This document shows, piece by piece, positions 27,331 through 41,485 of a stretch of 64,000 bases of DNA (position 1 is its first letter; every line of letters starts with the position of its first letter). Source of the stretch: Octopus vulgaris (lineage: Eukaryota). The translations under genes were made by a program, and so were the position numbers. The notes beneath the pieces were generated by a model that was not told where the DNA came from, made no database searches, and worked only from the letters and a program-made list of their open reading frames with translations. The stretch is from NCBI GenBank assembly GCA_951406725.2, contig OX597814.1:140988001-141052000 (forward strand), given 5' to 3'.

Positions 27331-28393
27331 TATTAAGGCGGCAAGGTAGAAGAATCGTTAGCACGGTGGACAACAATGCTCAGCGGATTTTCCTCCGTCT
27401 ATACGATTTGAGCTCAAATTTCACTGAGGTCGACTTTGCTTTTCAACCTTTCGGAGTCGATAAAATAAGTATCAGTTGAACACTGGGGTCGATGTCATCG
27501 ACTTCAACCTTTTCCCAGGATTGCTGGCCTTGTGTCAAAATTTGAAGCTATTATTTTGAAAACATATTAAGGTGGCGAGATAGCAGAATCGTTAGCATGC
27601 TGCACAACAATGCTCAACGGCTTTACATTCTAAGTTTAAACTCTACGAGGTCGACTTTGGCTTTTATCCTTTCAGGGTCGATAAAATAAGTATCAGTAGG
27701 ACTCACAGTCACGCATGCGTCCACTATAGAGTTTATGGTGTGTCTGTAACAGAATGCAAACACCGAAGGCTATCCGGTACTACTATAATTTTTTGACGAA
27801 AATCCCACACTTCACTAACAATCATTATGTCTCGCATTGTACGGCAATATTAAATGCAGTAAAAAAAAAACTATATTTATTAAAAGATCTATATTTAATA
27901 TACAGGGTGATTGAAAAGTAACTCCCAATTTTAAAATACTTATAGAATATTTATTAATTGTAATTTTTACCAAAAAAAAAAATGGATATGAGAGGAAAGC
28001 TTATAGTATGAGGTTTTATTTAAAATTCGATATGGCCTTCAGATGTCGCCACCAGCTTCTTGAGTCGCCCAGGAAATGCGTCAACTGAGTTCACCAGAAA
28101 CTCTTGTGAGATGGAAGAAGATACAACTTCTCGTATTCCACTCACAAATCCACTCACAAGGCTTTGGTCGGCCCTAGGCTATAGTAGAAGACACTTGCCC
28201 ACGGTGCACGTAGTGAGAGTGAACCCGGAACCGTATAGTTGGGAAGCAAACTTCCTACTATACACACCCACACCTGGACCGGCATAGCATATAACTATGA
28301 ACCGAAGAAGTTAAATACACTAAAGTATAACAAGGACCCAAAAGTATCTTAATGAAACGACAAACAAAATTAAAAGCAAAGCAATTTCACATT

Positions 28394-28830
28394 AATGTGA
28401 GGTATACTTGCCATCTCAATATGGCTAACCACTAAGGGTGGGAGTTACTGTAGCTTGTAGCCCCAGGAGAACATCGTCTCCAGCTGGCTTTAGGCACACT
28501 TTCTGTGCCCTTATGGTATTTGCAAAGGGCGGTCACCCTTCCCTCGTCAACCTAAGTGATACGCACGGACTGCAGTTTCTAGGTTTTGACCTGTCATCAG
28601 CGTACGACAATCACCGGTTTTCGATGAAAAGGTGTTCCAATGCAAATCCTTATATCGTTTCTCCAGTAACTTTTCATCACTGATCTCGAAAAACTGTATG
28701 CAAGCAATAATAAGGGCACAGAAAGTGTGCCTAAAGCCAGCTGGAGACGATGTTCTCCTGGGGCTACAAGCTACAGTTACACCCACCCTTAGTGGTTAGC
28801 CATATTGAGATGGCAAGTATACCTCACATT
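28394..28830 (-). mobile_element. HHR-bearing inverted-repeat element (PLE pseudo-LTR/retrozyme-like)
   Basis: 121-bp inverted arms 28394-28514 and 28710-28830 (2 mismatches), with an HHR in the spacer. 28394-28710 is homologous to 52248-52565. Confidence 0.75.
28556..28614 (-). ncRNA. Minimal type I hammerhead ribozyme
   Basis: Minus: GTGAT-TGT-CGTACG CTGATGA C-AGGT-CAAA-ACCT-A GAAA C-TGCA-G TC^ CGTGCG-T-ATCAC. Canonical core, with stems I, II and III pairing. Confidence 0.85.
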
Positions 28831-29054
28831 GTCGTGCAGTTACTGTTTATACCTCGTTCAGAGATTTATGTGCCTGATTCAGTAGCAATTAAATATGTTG
28901 ATATAATAAATCATATGCTGATGCCATCTCTCAATCACCATGTGGAACGGGACGTAGGAAACCATTTTTATGATTATGAGCTGCAAACACGTACACACAC
29001 ACACGCGTGCGCTCACACACCCGCACAAGAGAAAGAAAGCATATCTAAGAAATA

Positions 29055-29497
29055 TCTTTTCTGCTATAGACACAAAGCCCGAAATTTTGAGAGAGGGGTC
29101 TAGTCGATTACATCAACCCCAGTACACAACTGGTACTTATTTTATCAACTTTGAAAGGATGAAAGGGAGAGTCGGCTTTAATGGAATTTGAACTCAGAAC
29201 GTATAAACGGACGAAATGCTGCTAAGCATTTTGTCCGGCGTGCTAACGATTCGGCCAACTCGCTGCCTTATATCTAAAAAATATCGGTTTCAAATTTTGG
29301 CACAAGGCCAGCAATTCAGGGCAAGGATTAGGTCGATTACATCAACCCCAGTACTCAACTGGTATTTATTTTATCAATCTCGAAAAGATGAAAGGCAAAG
29401 TCGCCTTCGGCAGAATTTGGACTCAGGACGTAAAGACGGACGAAATGCCGCTAAGCATTTTGTCCGGCGTGCTAACGATTTCGCCAGCTCACCGCTT
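29055..29497 (-). mobile_element. Two adjacent AAGGCGGCGAG-family SINEs
   Basis: Copies at about 29055-29268 (flanked by ATATCTAA(G/A)AAATATC) and about 29290-29497. Confidence 0.75.
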
Positions 29498-30869
29498 TAT
29501 ATATATATAAAAAATACCAAAGTTATTAAGATTGGGATATTAAAAAGAAAAAATTCCCCCAAATATTGCATTTAATGTTTCAGTGATGTTCAATGCTTTA
29601 AATAAGAAGTCATGCTTACAATAATAATTGGAAATAATTAAGAAGTTTTAGAAATTCTATAGAACTTCGAAGACCTTTCATATATTTTATTCTGTGTAAA
29701 TAAATTGTATTATGAATATAAGTACAAACGATGCATTCTCATTTACCAGCATCCGATCCCCCGACGAACTTAGGCGAATAACCGATGCTTCTAAACGCTA
29801 TAGAGTTTTATTTACAACTCATTTCTACTAACGTGAAATAAAATGTTGACGTATTTGAAAGAATTATTTTCAAAGCACCGTGAAATTTCCATTCAGATAA
29901 AATTGAATAGAAAAAGAAAGAAAAAAAGGGAAAATAAAAATAAAAATAGAAAACGAAATTGAATTCCCAAGAAATCCACTCGATGCATAGAGTCTGAAAT
30001 AATTTTCTATTTTTATATCTTATTCTTCTCTTTTAGAAATACATTCAAATATTAGTTAATAACGGCGCCAATACTTTAATAATTTCATGCAATGTGAAGA
30101 AGTAAAATTAGTGATTATGAAAATTCTATACAAATGTTTCAAAAGATTTTTAAATAAATAACTCCAAATTTAATTTCTTCTTTAGAAATGTAATTCAAAC
30201 ATTAGCCGTTAATTTCTTAAATCATGTCATACAGAATTAGAAACTGAAGAAACAGATTGCATTGTGTATTTGATTAACGCTCTATACAAATGCTGGAGGG
30301 ATTCGAGTAAAATTTCAATAAATATTCACGATATTATATACAGATTTCCTCGTTATTAATTCAGTGCTCAGGCAAACATCAATGTTAAAACGAACAAGAT
30401 TTCTAAGGAAATTATTTCTGCTGTGGGTTAATGCTTCGAACGATAGTTATATATTCTATGGGGCAGCATATCCTAGAGCAAGGTCAATCATGTCCATGAT
30501 CCAGCCGCGTTTCCGATTTAAATCAATTCATTTCACTTGGAGAAATGAAATATTTGTCTACAAATTTGTGGCCTTCTAACCTCAAGATAATATATTCCGC
30601 GGGGTAAGATGATGTAAACGGCAGCATAGAAAGTTTATTGATAAATTTCAACACCTACTTTCTCTGAGTTACAATGAAGTCGCTTGCACATCGATTGTTA
30701 AACAATTTTGACTTTTACCTTGTCAGAAGATATAGTTATATCCATGGAGTAATCATCACTCGCTACATATTAAGGCGAGCTGAGTCGGTGACCTGCTTTT
30801 TGATTTCTGATTATTAATTCCATTTCATTTGCACTACCAATAAATTTAGGAAAGGTGGCTGCGAGCGCG

Positions 30870-30910
30870 CGCCATTGACAAAGACCAGAAAGGCGGAAAT
30901 GCATCTGGTG
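30870..30910 (+). ncRNA. Degenerate hammerhead motif (GAAA-TGCA-TC family)
   Basis: CGCCA-TTGACAA-AGACCAGAAAGGCG-GAAA-TGCA-TC-TGGTG. Stem I pairs, and the core is derivable from CTGACGA. Confidence 0.45.
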
Positions 30911-32144
30911 TTCTCAGTAGACCTTTGCCAGAATGATTTTTCGTCTTCATCAGACATATATTTTGTTTTTAGTTCACCACATCTATAAATTTTATCTCGG
31001 ACGAAAACCGCAATATCTTGCCTGTCAACGGTGTTTAAATGTTAAAAAAAGTACGATACATAAATGGTTAATTTAATTGAATGCTACTCCAATTGCGTAC
31101 ACGGAATTTTTATTCAGTCCAACAACTTTTCGCAGTATCAGTGAATGTATTATTTACTATGCATTGGAGGTAGAAAATTTCGTCTAGGCATATGGCTAGG
31201 ATAACCTACAATTGACAAGAGCCAAGAAGGCCGGAATGCATCTGGTGTTTTCGCTAGCCGCAGCCAGGAGGATCTTTCGAATCCCTCTGATATATGGCGC
31301 TTTTAAATCACCACGTCTGAGAGACTTTTTTAAAAAAAAAATCTCGGACGAAAACCACACCATCTTGCCTGTCAACGGTGTATATACGTTAACCATGATA
31401 CATGGATGGCTATTACAATTTTTACCTTTCTAAAGTTATTAGGGTTGACTAAAATGAAAATTCATGTATTTGGTGTTACATATAATGTAACTTATAAGGC
31501 ATTGTATTAGTTTTGCAATATACCTCAGATCTAGGTATATTGCAAAACGTGAAATAACTTCTCAAAAACGCTAAGAGTAAAACATGTTTTATATGACACA
31601 TTCTACCAGTGTCCGAAGTTTGAAAGTGTTTAGTTACAAAAAATTATTTTTTAAATCTGTAGGTTAAAAGGTAAAGATCCTTAATATATTCTAAATATTT
31701 TACATGTAATGGTTCTTCTGTAAGCTGGTTAACATAAAAGACACAAGAAACAAAAACAAAACAAAATAAACATAAAACACGATTTAATTATTTCGTAGAA
31801 TGCGATGCAGACGAAACAGGGATTGATTGTAAGAGTTTACGAATGTTCACGAGAGTTCACGGAGCGTAACTCCTGCTTGTGGATGTGACACAATTCTCGC
31901 AGCCTTTAAACCTTTTTCATATAAACTTTTTTCCATGTTGATTTATGTTCCAAACATCGGGTTAATAATGAGTAAAATTATTCCATCAAACACTTTATTT
32001 TCAAAATTAATCGAAACAAAATCAGTTTATTTCAACAAAAATATGGTAACAAAAAGCTTAAATAAAAAGCAACCTTACAATTCTAGTTTTGCGGTAAAAT
32101 TATTTAATTTATTGAAAAGATGGAGCGCTAAGCAGTGATAAGTA

Positions 32145-32570
32145 AAATTGTTATGTTATTATCTGTTCGAATATGCATGAGGTACTTTCGAATCGGTGAA
32201 CAAGCTACTCACTACGATTGTCACGGAAAATGGTGCTTAACGCCCTCCCATTCTTTAATTTATTTACGGTGAGCCGTCGCACAGCGTTGCCAGTCGCTGT
32301 ATGGCAACTGGAAAAGCATAATAGAATCACTCTCTTCAATTAGTTCGTAGCGCCGCCTACCTTATGTCCGTGATCGAAGAGGAGATAACTACTCCGAAAT
32401 GCTTGCATCACACGGTCTGGGTAGGTGGCGCTGTAAGCTGATATAGGTGTATTCACATCCTTTGTCAACAAACGGGATATATTTTCCGTGACAAAACGCA
32501 GTGAGTAGCTTGTTCACCGGTTCGAACGTGTCTCAAGTATATTCGGACTGATAATAGCATTGTAATTTAT
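32145..32570. mobile_element. Diverged foldback/MITE-like element
   Basis: Imperfect inverted arms at about 32145-32232 and 32481-32570 (e.g. GGTGAACAAGCTACTCAC / GTGAGTAGCTTGTTCACC), plus an inner IR GCGCCGCCTACC / GGTAGGTGGCGC. Confidence 0.6.
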
Positions 32571-32711
32571 TGGACACAATCATTTCTTTTTAAGACTGAG
32601 CTCCAATACACCGGAATATATCATAATTCGGTAGAATCTGTGTTTCATAGGTGCCGCTTTGTAAATTCAATAAACTCGGGCAATATTCTGGAAAAGCAGT
32701 TTTGCATTACC

Positions 32712-33102
32712 TTTTACTTGTTTCACTTACTAGACCGTGGCCAGTCTGGGGCACCGCCTTGAAGGGTTTAATCGAACAAATCGACCCTAGTACTTATTTT
32801 AAAGTTTGATATATATCCTACCGATCTCTTTTGCCGAACTGTAAAGTTTCGGACACATAAACCAGCACCGGTTGTCAAGTAGTGATGGGGAAACACACAC
32901 ACACACACGCGCGTGCTCTCGTATATATACATATACGACGGGTTTCCACACAGTTTCTGTCTACCAAAATTCACTCACAAGGCATTGGTCGATTCGGGCC
33001 TATTGTAGAAGAAACTTCCCAAGGTGCTACGTGGTGGGATTGAGCCTGAAAGCACGTGCTTGCAAAGCAAGCTTCTTCACAACACAGCCATGTCTACGCC
33101 TA
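32712..33102 (-). mobile_element. SINE (GGCGCAGG family)
   Basis: Reverse-complement homology to 9065-9455. Confidence 0.7.
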
Positions 33103-33159
33103 TATTAAACTAAGCATTTTATTTAAAAAAAACCCCAACAAACATGTATTTCAGGTAAG

Positions 33160-33558
33160 TTCTTTTCTGCTCTAGGCACAAGGCCAGAAATTTTGGGGGA
33201 GGGGGCCAGTCGATTAGGTCGACCCTAGTACACAGCTGGTACTTAGTTTATCGACCCCGAAAGGATGAAAGGCAAAGTCCACCTCGACGGAATTTGAACT
33301 CAGAACGTAACGGCAGACGAAATACCTATTTCTTTACTACCCACAAGGGATTAAACACAGAGAGGACAAACAAGGACAGACAAACGGATTAAGTCGATTA
33401 CATCGACCTCAGTGCGTAACTGGTACTTAGTTTATCGACCCCGAAAGGATGAAAGGCAAAGTTGACCTCGGCGGAATTTGAACTCAGAACGTAACGGCAG
33501 ACGAAATACGGCTACGCATTTCGCCCGGCGTGCTAGCGTATCTGCCAGCTCGTCGCCT
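33160..33558 (-). mobile_element. Dimeric AAGGCGGCGAG-family SINE
   Basis: Two tandem cores (TTATCGACCCCGAAAGGATGAAAGGCAAAG) with two different tails. Flanks resemble a TSD, TCAG(G/A)TAAGTTCT. Confidence 0.75.
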
Positions 33559-35644
33559 CATCTCAGATAAGTTCTAATACTCTGTTCTTTAATATACTTT
33601 CTAGAATATGCATAAGACTTGAAATTTCTGGAGGAGGGGATAAGTCGATTGCATCGACCCCACTGCATGAGTGTTACTTATTTTATCGACCCCGAAAAAA
33701 TGAAAGGCATGGGATTTGAACTCAGAACGCAGAACCGGTAGAAATACTGATAAGTATTTTGCCCGGCGTACTAGCTTGCAGAGTCGTTAGTACGTACGCC
33801 TGACAAAATTAAGTTTCGTGTTCAAAATCCGCCGAAGTCGACTTTGCCTTTCATCTTTTCGTAGACGATAAAAATGAGTACCATTTGAGTATTGGGGTCG
33901 ATTAATCAGCAAGCCCTGTCTCCCCAAATTTCAGGCCGTATGCCTATGGTGGACAAGGGTTTTTTCTTTAATATAAATGTATCAAATTGTGGCTTTCTTT
34001 GTTTGTACACTATGTACTTTTAACACTGTTCTTAACAGAAAGGGGATGATGAAATGTTAAAACACATATCCGTTCACACAAAATAAAACACACACAATCA
34101 CGCACACACACACACACACAAATGCAAACACACAGATGTACCATACACCCAAACAAATACATTCACGTGAACAAATACGTGTACACACAGATACAAGCAG
34201 AAAACACACACACAAACCCACATACACTCACACACACACACACACACACGCACGCATAGACTCACAGACATACAAATACGCATACACACAAATACACAGA
34301 GAGAAAGAGAGACAGAGAGAGTGAAGACAAAAGCGAGAGAGAAAGAGAGAGTGAAAGAGGGGACAAGAGCGAGAGAGAGAGAGAGAGAACGAGGGCGAGA
34401 AAGAGAGAGAAGATGAGAGAGAGTGAGAAAGGGGGACAAGAGCGAGAGGGAAGATGAGAGAGAGAGAGAGAGAGGGACAAGAGCGAGAGAGAGAGAGAGA
34501 GAGAATGAGGGGGAACAAGAACGAGAAAAAGAGAGAACTAGAGAGAAAAAGAGAGAGAAAGAGAATGATGAGAGGGAGAGAGAGAGAGAGGGGTTGACAA
34601 AAGTGAAAGAGGAGAGAAAAAGAAGAAAACCAACAAAGCAATTATTTCATTATAAGAGATAAACGGGAAACGATGGACAACAGAGACAGCAGCAGCAGCA
34701 GCAATGACAGCAGCAGTCCCTCGTTACATTTATTATAGCACCAAGATATCATCAGCTTTTGTTTATGTTTTAATTAATTAATTCATTTATTCCTTAATTT
34801 ATTTGTTTATTTGCTAAGATTTCATGCGCTCGATCGTTTGCTTCTGTTCAGAGGAATATAATATCTTAACTTCGTCGTCTCCTTCAGGGAAAAAGGAAAA
34901 GAATATTAAATGATACAGTTGAAAAATCAATATTGAAGTTTTCAGTGCTGTTGAAAAGCAGTTCAAATCTTTTTTCATTGTCCAATGAAAACCGTTCGCG
35001 TTAGGATTGGGAATTGTTGCTGTGATAATGGCCGTTCTTGCTGTTGCATTTTCTATTGTTGGAACAAGTTGTTGTTGCTGTTTCTGATAATGCTGTTGTT
35101 GCTGTTTCTGATAATGCTGTTGTTGGTGCTGCTGTTGTTGTAATGTACTTGTTGCTTTTTAGCTTATGAGTTCCCACTTTTAAATAGTTGCTTGGTAAAT
35201 TCGTTGTATGTTTTACTCGTTTTTCATGCTGCATCAATCGTTGTTATAGTAATAAGGCTGGTGTTGGTAGTAGCCCTAAAAGTAGATGCTATTTCTTTTA
35301 AAGCAGCAGCAGCAGCTGTAATTGCTGCCGCGCTCCTAGAATTAGTGGTCTTGTATTTCTCTCTCATCATGTACCATTCCTACAGCGTCGACGACCATGG
35401 ACCTTACAACTATAATTTGAAAATTTATGATTTTTGTGGGGAAAGATACAATAACTGTCTCCCGTTGCTTGCTGCCAATTTATTTACAATTTACTCTTTT
35501 AGACCCCTGCTCTCCCGAGCTTACCACCAAGGCAAATGACATGTTCGTCATTGTCACATGCTCCTCACAAGCCCACCATTGTCGCATGTATCCCGCAGGT
35601 CCACCATATATTTCAATGATAAGCTTTAGAGAGCAAGAGAAAAG

Positions 35645-36090
35645 TAGAATCAATCGGATTCAGAATCGAGTTGTTAACATCGTAGGTCTTCTTCTTTCTA
35701 CTAGGTTGGAGTCTTTAGCTCATCGTCGAAATGTATCTTTGTATCTTTTCTACCGGTATTTCTGTGGACATTGTTCTGATGAACTTTCTGATCTAATAGT
35801 CTATGTTAAGACTTCTAAACGCACCAACTTATCTTACTAGGTGCATCGTTTTTCTGCTGAGTTTCCTGTTAATCCTAAAATCTTTTATTTTAATTGCTTC
35901 TTTCTTCGAATTGCTGCTCTTTGAGACTCACTATCATCGTCTTATTTTCCTCTGGTCAATGATATTTAGTCCTTTAATCTTTCTGTCAATCAACATCATT
36001 TGAATTTGTAGGTCCCTTATTTTCTTTCGTAGTTTCTTATGCTACAGTAGCTTCAAGCTATGTCTGGTACAAAATCGTACTAAAAAATAA
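35645..36090 (+). mobile_element. CR1-group LINE 3' remnant
   Basis: RIQNRVVNIVG..LESLAHRRNVSLYLFYRYFCGHCSDELSDL resembles the post-RT C-terminus of CR1/Jockey-group ORF2. Confidence 0.65.
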
Positions 36091-36559
36091 AATGAGGTGA
36101 CTAAAAAAACTCGACAGACGGTTTGTCATGGTATGTCCATACACAGTGTGACTACTCTTCTCTGAGTCCTGTATGACGTAGCCACAGCACTATCTTCTGC
36201 TCTTTGACCCATATTTGGGACCCTTGGAGCGGATCCGAGAAGTGTAGTGCCTATGGAGCAACTCAATACTCTCAAGACTCCTTAATTTCTGAGCTGGCAC
36301 CTCAGCATCACTTGTATTTAGTTGTTGTTTAACCCTAGGTTAGTCCTGATCAAGTAGGATCAAAGACATTCCAGTTATGATCAGCCCATCATATTTTAAG
36401 ATATAACGTATCAACACCTGCACTATCTTATGTTTTAAATCATTAGAGTATAATTGGAGAGAAACTTGGCTGCTATTTCTCTTGAACGACCGCGTAGAAG
36501 CTCCCTCATTGATAATTATGGAATTAGTGACAAGTGCCGTTGATGTTGATATAGTTGTA

Positions 36560-37420
36560 TTAAAAATAATGTTCGACCTTCTTGTCGGCATCTCCAGCAA
36601 AATCTATGCCTCTGCAGAAGACACCACCTTCCTTTCCTCCCTAACCACTCGCACCCAAGCGCCATGCACGTGCAGCTTAAACACCTCTCGCCAAAGTTCT
36701 GCTAACTTCACAAAGAAATCGCTGAAGCATTTTCTAATGGGGGTCATGCTAAACTCGTCTCCTTGCATAGCACAAATACAATGGCTACACTTATCAAGAA
36801 AACAATATTGTATCCATCACCTAAATATGAACAATATGCGCCTACAACCCCCAAATTTGCTACAAATGTCGGGCTTTACCGTCACTGTTAATCTCGCGTC
36901 TTCAATCTGTCAAACACTACACCACAAAACGACTTTTATTTTAGAGCCAGTAAATACCCCAATTCCCAACAATTATTCTTTTCTACTCTAGGCACAAGGC
37001 CCGAAATTTTTGGGGAGGGGCCAGTCGATTAGATCGACCTCAGTACTTAATTTATCGACCCCGAAAGGATGAAAGGCAAAGTCGACCTCGGCGGCATTTG
37101 AACTCAGAACGTAAAGACAGATGAAATATTGTTTCGCATTTCGCCCGGCGTGTTAACGTTTCTACCGCCCGCCACCTTCAATTCCCAACAATTATCCTTC
37201 ATATACTCAAGCAAGACCAACAATGTAATACCGCACTTATGTCTGAGAGGGTACTACCACTACATGTAGACATCCTAGGATCACATCCCCTAAAACGCCA
37301 CCCACTTGATGCCCACAAAGGCATTTTCCAACTTGCTCTGAGGACAAGATTTATAGTTTACAATCTTTAGTGATCGCCTCCACCCCAAAAACTCATTTAG
37401 AAAAGAGTCCTGTTCTAACC
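36560..37420 (+). mobile_element. Highly decayed CR1-group RT fragment interrupted by a SINE
   Basis: IYASAEDTTF resembles a decayed YADDTT motif. The SINE at 36977-37178 is inserted within it. Confidence 0.4.
36977..37178 (-). mobile_element. AAGGCGGCGAG-family SINE with 17-bp TSD
   Basis: Perfect direct repeat CAATTCCCAACAATTAT at 36960-36976 and 37179-37195. Confidence 0.85.
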
Positions 37421-37580
37421 ATTTAAGTTATGGTAGTGGTAGAAGCATTAACACTTTCATAGCAACAGCTTCTCTGTTGAGGTTTCTATTAGTCGTAGGT
37501 AACTCAATACTAAGTTATCTCCTTTTCTGAACTGGTTTCTTTTAATACTAACACACCCACACGCACAACCACACACACAA

Positions 37581-37629
<49 letters not shown>

Positions 37630-37739
37630 CATGCACACGCATAAGCGTGCGCGCACACACACATACACACACGCACACACACGCACATACATGCGCACAC
37701 ACACACGCACGCACATATGCGCACACACACGCATGCACG

Positions 37740-37782
<43 letters not shown>

Positions 37783-38924
37783 TGCTCAGTGTTCAATGAT
37801 AGATCTTTTTGATAGGTTTGCAGTTTGCAGAGAATTTCTCTTACATTAATGTCACTACTGCAAACACTATCAACTTTTCTTCAATTTTTATGAGATATTT
37901 TATATGTAAACCACTTCAAAGAGTTCCAAAAACGCTTTCTCCAGAGAACAAACACTACTGAAATTAGTTTAATGCTTTCTGTCGTCCAGACTTTAAATTG
38001 ACTGAATTATTCATTATGAAAATGTTTCATTTTATAGCAAATACAGCAAAATATATTAGGTGACAATTCACATTTTAAAAATTATTAAAACAGAAAAGCC
38101 TGCTAGTTCATAGTTTTCGTATTTGATAAATTATGTTCAGTAGACGAATGTAGATGCAAAGAGTTAGGATGGATTGATAAGTAAATCTCTGATGAGAAAC
38201 TAGTAAATTATTCTGCAGAAAGAACACGATGATGGGTTGTATATGTCATTAGAAAAAACTGAAGATATTAGTCTCCAGAACGAGGAGTGATTTATACAGG
38301 TGAAAAAAAATGTGGATAGCACGTTATGTGGTATTGCGACATCATGAATGAGTGTGTCTTAACTCTTGTGATACCAAACCACCCTGAGACCAGTTCTATG
38401 GGTTTATATGAACTTCATGTTTTAAAGTGATCTAAATTAAAAATTTACTTCATGATAGTTTATTAATTAATGTCCCAGGCACCAGCTTCAAAATAAAGTT
38501 ATTTTACTAAATTCTTTCGTTATTTAAAAAATAGTATTTGAAACAAAGACAGTGTATTTCAATCGAAATACATTTACGAAATGGCTAATAAATCATATCA
38601 GACCAACAGTAAAACAAAGGAATATAACGATTATCATTTGAGCATTGACTGAGAGGGCAGGAACAACGTGATAGGAAGGGTTTTGCTCAGGAATACATTG
38701 ATTGGTCCCGGAATCGAACCTCCGATCGCAAGTGTAACGTCTTAGCCACTAGGCCACGCGCCTTCGTATAGTAAGTAACATAATTTTCACTGATAAGCCA
38801 AAAAGTGGTTTGGCTGAAGCCTGGTGAGTGAATTTGGTAGACAGAAACTGAAAGTAGCACGTCATGTATGTATGTATGTATGTATGTATGTATGTATGTA
38901 TGTATGTATGTATGTATGTATGTA

Positions 38925-38968
<44 letters not shown>

Positions 38969-40122
38969 ATGTGTGTGTATGTGCGTGCGTGTGTTTCTTT
39001 GTCCTGACATTGCGTGATAGTTGTAAATGAGCGTCATTGTTATATAAGCGGCGTCGGTTGTTTGATGAGGATTATTTCAAAACCAAACATTTATGAAACG
39101 TAGTAAGAGAAACCACGAAAGTGTAATGTTCTTGTATGTAAGCTGGAGAAGATACGTGATAATGTTTCTGTATTGATTATGACTGAACGAGTAAGAAAGA
39201 CAGTCGAAAGGAAATAAACGGTTGAAGAAATACGGAAGCCGAAGAAGAGTTAACATTAAAATCAACAGCTGGTGTGCGAAATCAGACTCTCCCCGAGAAA
39301 CGTTTAAAAATAATAGGAGCTTACTTGCAATGAAGGGATCCATAAAATAAAGAACTGAGAAAAAGTTAAAGAAAAGACACTCTTTATACGAACTTGTCAC
39401 AAATTTTCTTCTTCGATGTTCAATTTCTGTAAATGCACACATAACCATATTGACTTATACAGATTAGAACTCGACTTTGATCTTAAGTTTATTATCAGAA
39501 TAGCAAATTGAATATCGTATCGCTTATTTCAGCAATTCAATAAAAGGTCATATTCTTAATGTATGCATATTAGAAAGTATTAGATTGTCGAACAATTCTT
39601 ACTTAAAAATCAAATCTTCTTTCATTTGTTATGCACCAAATCAATGTCGTTTTTCCTACCGAAGCCATTGTAGAAATTACAGCTATACAACTGAGTAGAA
39701 CGGTACACTTTCTAGTTCCTATTATGTTCAATTGTCTTGTGAATATAATTTAAATAAAACATTGTTTAACTAATTGCTTTATAATTTGATCTTGTATTTT
39801 ATTAGATTTTCTGGTTCCGATTGAAAGAGTGTAATAAATTCAAATATTATGATTTTCTATCTGTTGATATTGAATATTTGATGATATTGATTCGTGTTTA
39901 AAACATGCTGGGAATAACCTTGTAACAGGGGAAGATCTCAACGTGGTGGCGGAATTTTATGCATGGTGAGTCTAAAGTAGCGTCAGCAATCATCACAGTA
40001 GCCGCCACAGCAGTCAATACATGCAGCTTGTGTTCAGAACCAAATCATAACTAGACGATTGTCGAGCTCTATTCTGAAGTAGGACTTCACTAGATAATCT
40101 TGTGTCTATTTATGACAGTAGT

Positions 40123-40390
40123 GGAGGCGCGTGGCTTAGTGGTTAGGGTGTCAGCACCATGATCGTAAGATTATGGTTTCAATTCCTGGACCGGGCGACG
40201 CGTTGTGTTCTTTTGCAAAACACTTCATTTCACGTTGCTCCAGTCCACTCAGCTGGCAAAAATGAGTAACGCTGCGATGGACTGGCGTCCCGTCCAGCTG
40301 GGGAACACATACGCCATGGAAACCGAGAAACCGGGCCTATGAGCCTGGCTAGGCTTTAAAAGGGCGCATTTATTATTTATTTTATTTATG
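40123..40390 (+). mobile_element. tRNA-derived SINE (GGAGGCGCGTGGCTTAGTGG family)
   Basis: A/B-box head, CACTTCATTTCACGTTGCTCCAGTCCACTCAGCTG core and (TTTA)n tail. Confidence 0.75.
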
Positions 40391-41253
40391 ACAGCAATAG
40401 AAATTGATTCCTCGTATACTTCTGGGCGCAAAAAGAGTTTACGTGTTGATGTGCAGGAGACATTAAAGAAATAAAGATTTTTATCTATTTGTTTCAGTCA
40501 TTGGCTTGCGATCATGCTGGGGCACCGACTCGAAGGCTTTTTGTTGTACAAATCGACTCCATTACTTATTTTTGAAAGTCTGGTACTTATTCTATCGGCT
40601 CTTTTGTCAAATCACCAAGTTACAGGGACTTAAGCAAACCAACACCGGTTGTAGAGTGGTGGTTGTGGGGAGAGACACAGACACAAAGACACGCGCACAC
40701 ACATATACACTCACACACACACATATACACTCACACACATATACATATACACTGCACTTCCATACAGGTTCCGTCTACGAAATTCACTCGCAAGGCTTGT
40801 TTAACCTGCGGCTATAATAGAAAACATTTGCTCAAGGTGCTGCGCAGTAGGACTGAATGCGAGCTTCTTAGTATACAGATGCAGCCACACATGCACCTAT
40901 ATGTCTCTTTCTAATATAGGCCTGAAGTTTTGGGGTAAGGGGCTAGTCAATTACATTGACCCTACTGCGCAACTAGTGCCTATTTCATCGACCGAGAAAG
41001 AATGAAATGCAAAGTTGACCTCGGCGGAGCCAGCGCATATATATTAGATTCAAATTTTGGCACGGGGTCAGCAAGTAATTGCTCAACTGGTACTTATTTT
41101 ATCGATCCCGAAAGGACGAAAGGCAAATTCGACTTCGGTGGAATTTGAGCTCAGAACGAATGGACTGACGAAATGCTGTGAAGTATTTCACCCTGGTTTG
41201 CTAATAATTCTGCCGTCTCGCCGCCTTCTCAATGCCTATATATGTTGCAATTT

Positions 41254-41485
41254 AAGGCGGCGAGCTGGCAGAATCGTTAGCACGCCGGGCGAAATGCTTA
41301 GCGGTATTTCGTCTGCCGTTACGTTCTGAGTTCAAATTCCGCCGAGGTCGACTTTGCCTTTCATCCTTTCGTGGTCGATAAATAAGTACCAGTTTCGCAC
41401 TGGGGTCGATGTAATCGACTTAATCCGTTTGTCTGTCCTTGTTTGTCCCCTCTATGTTTAGCCCCTTGTGGATAGTAAAGAAATA
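41254..41485 (+). mobile_element. AAGGCGGCGAGCTGGCAG-family SINE with TSD
   Basis: Full copy, with TATATATGTTGCAATTT repeated on both flanks. Confidence 0.8.

Noticed and set aside
31510-31548. Perfect 16-bp hairpin GTTTTGCAATATACCT
   Set aside because: Probably the internal palindrome of a small MITE; no evidence for a miRNA or terminator.
34300-34900. GA-rich tract plus ATG-(CAG)n segment as a possible promoter or first exon
   Set aside because: No splice or ORF support from sequence alone.
38189-38205. CTGATGA-GAAA-CTAG-TA hammerhead-like string
   Set aside because: No stem II and no convincing stem I; it may be a deleted relic or chance.
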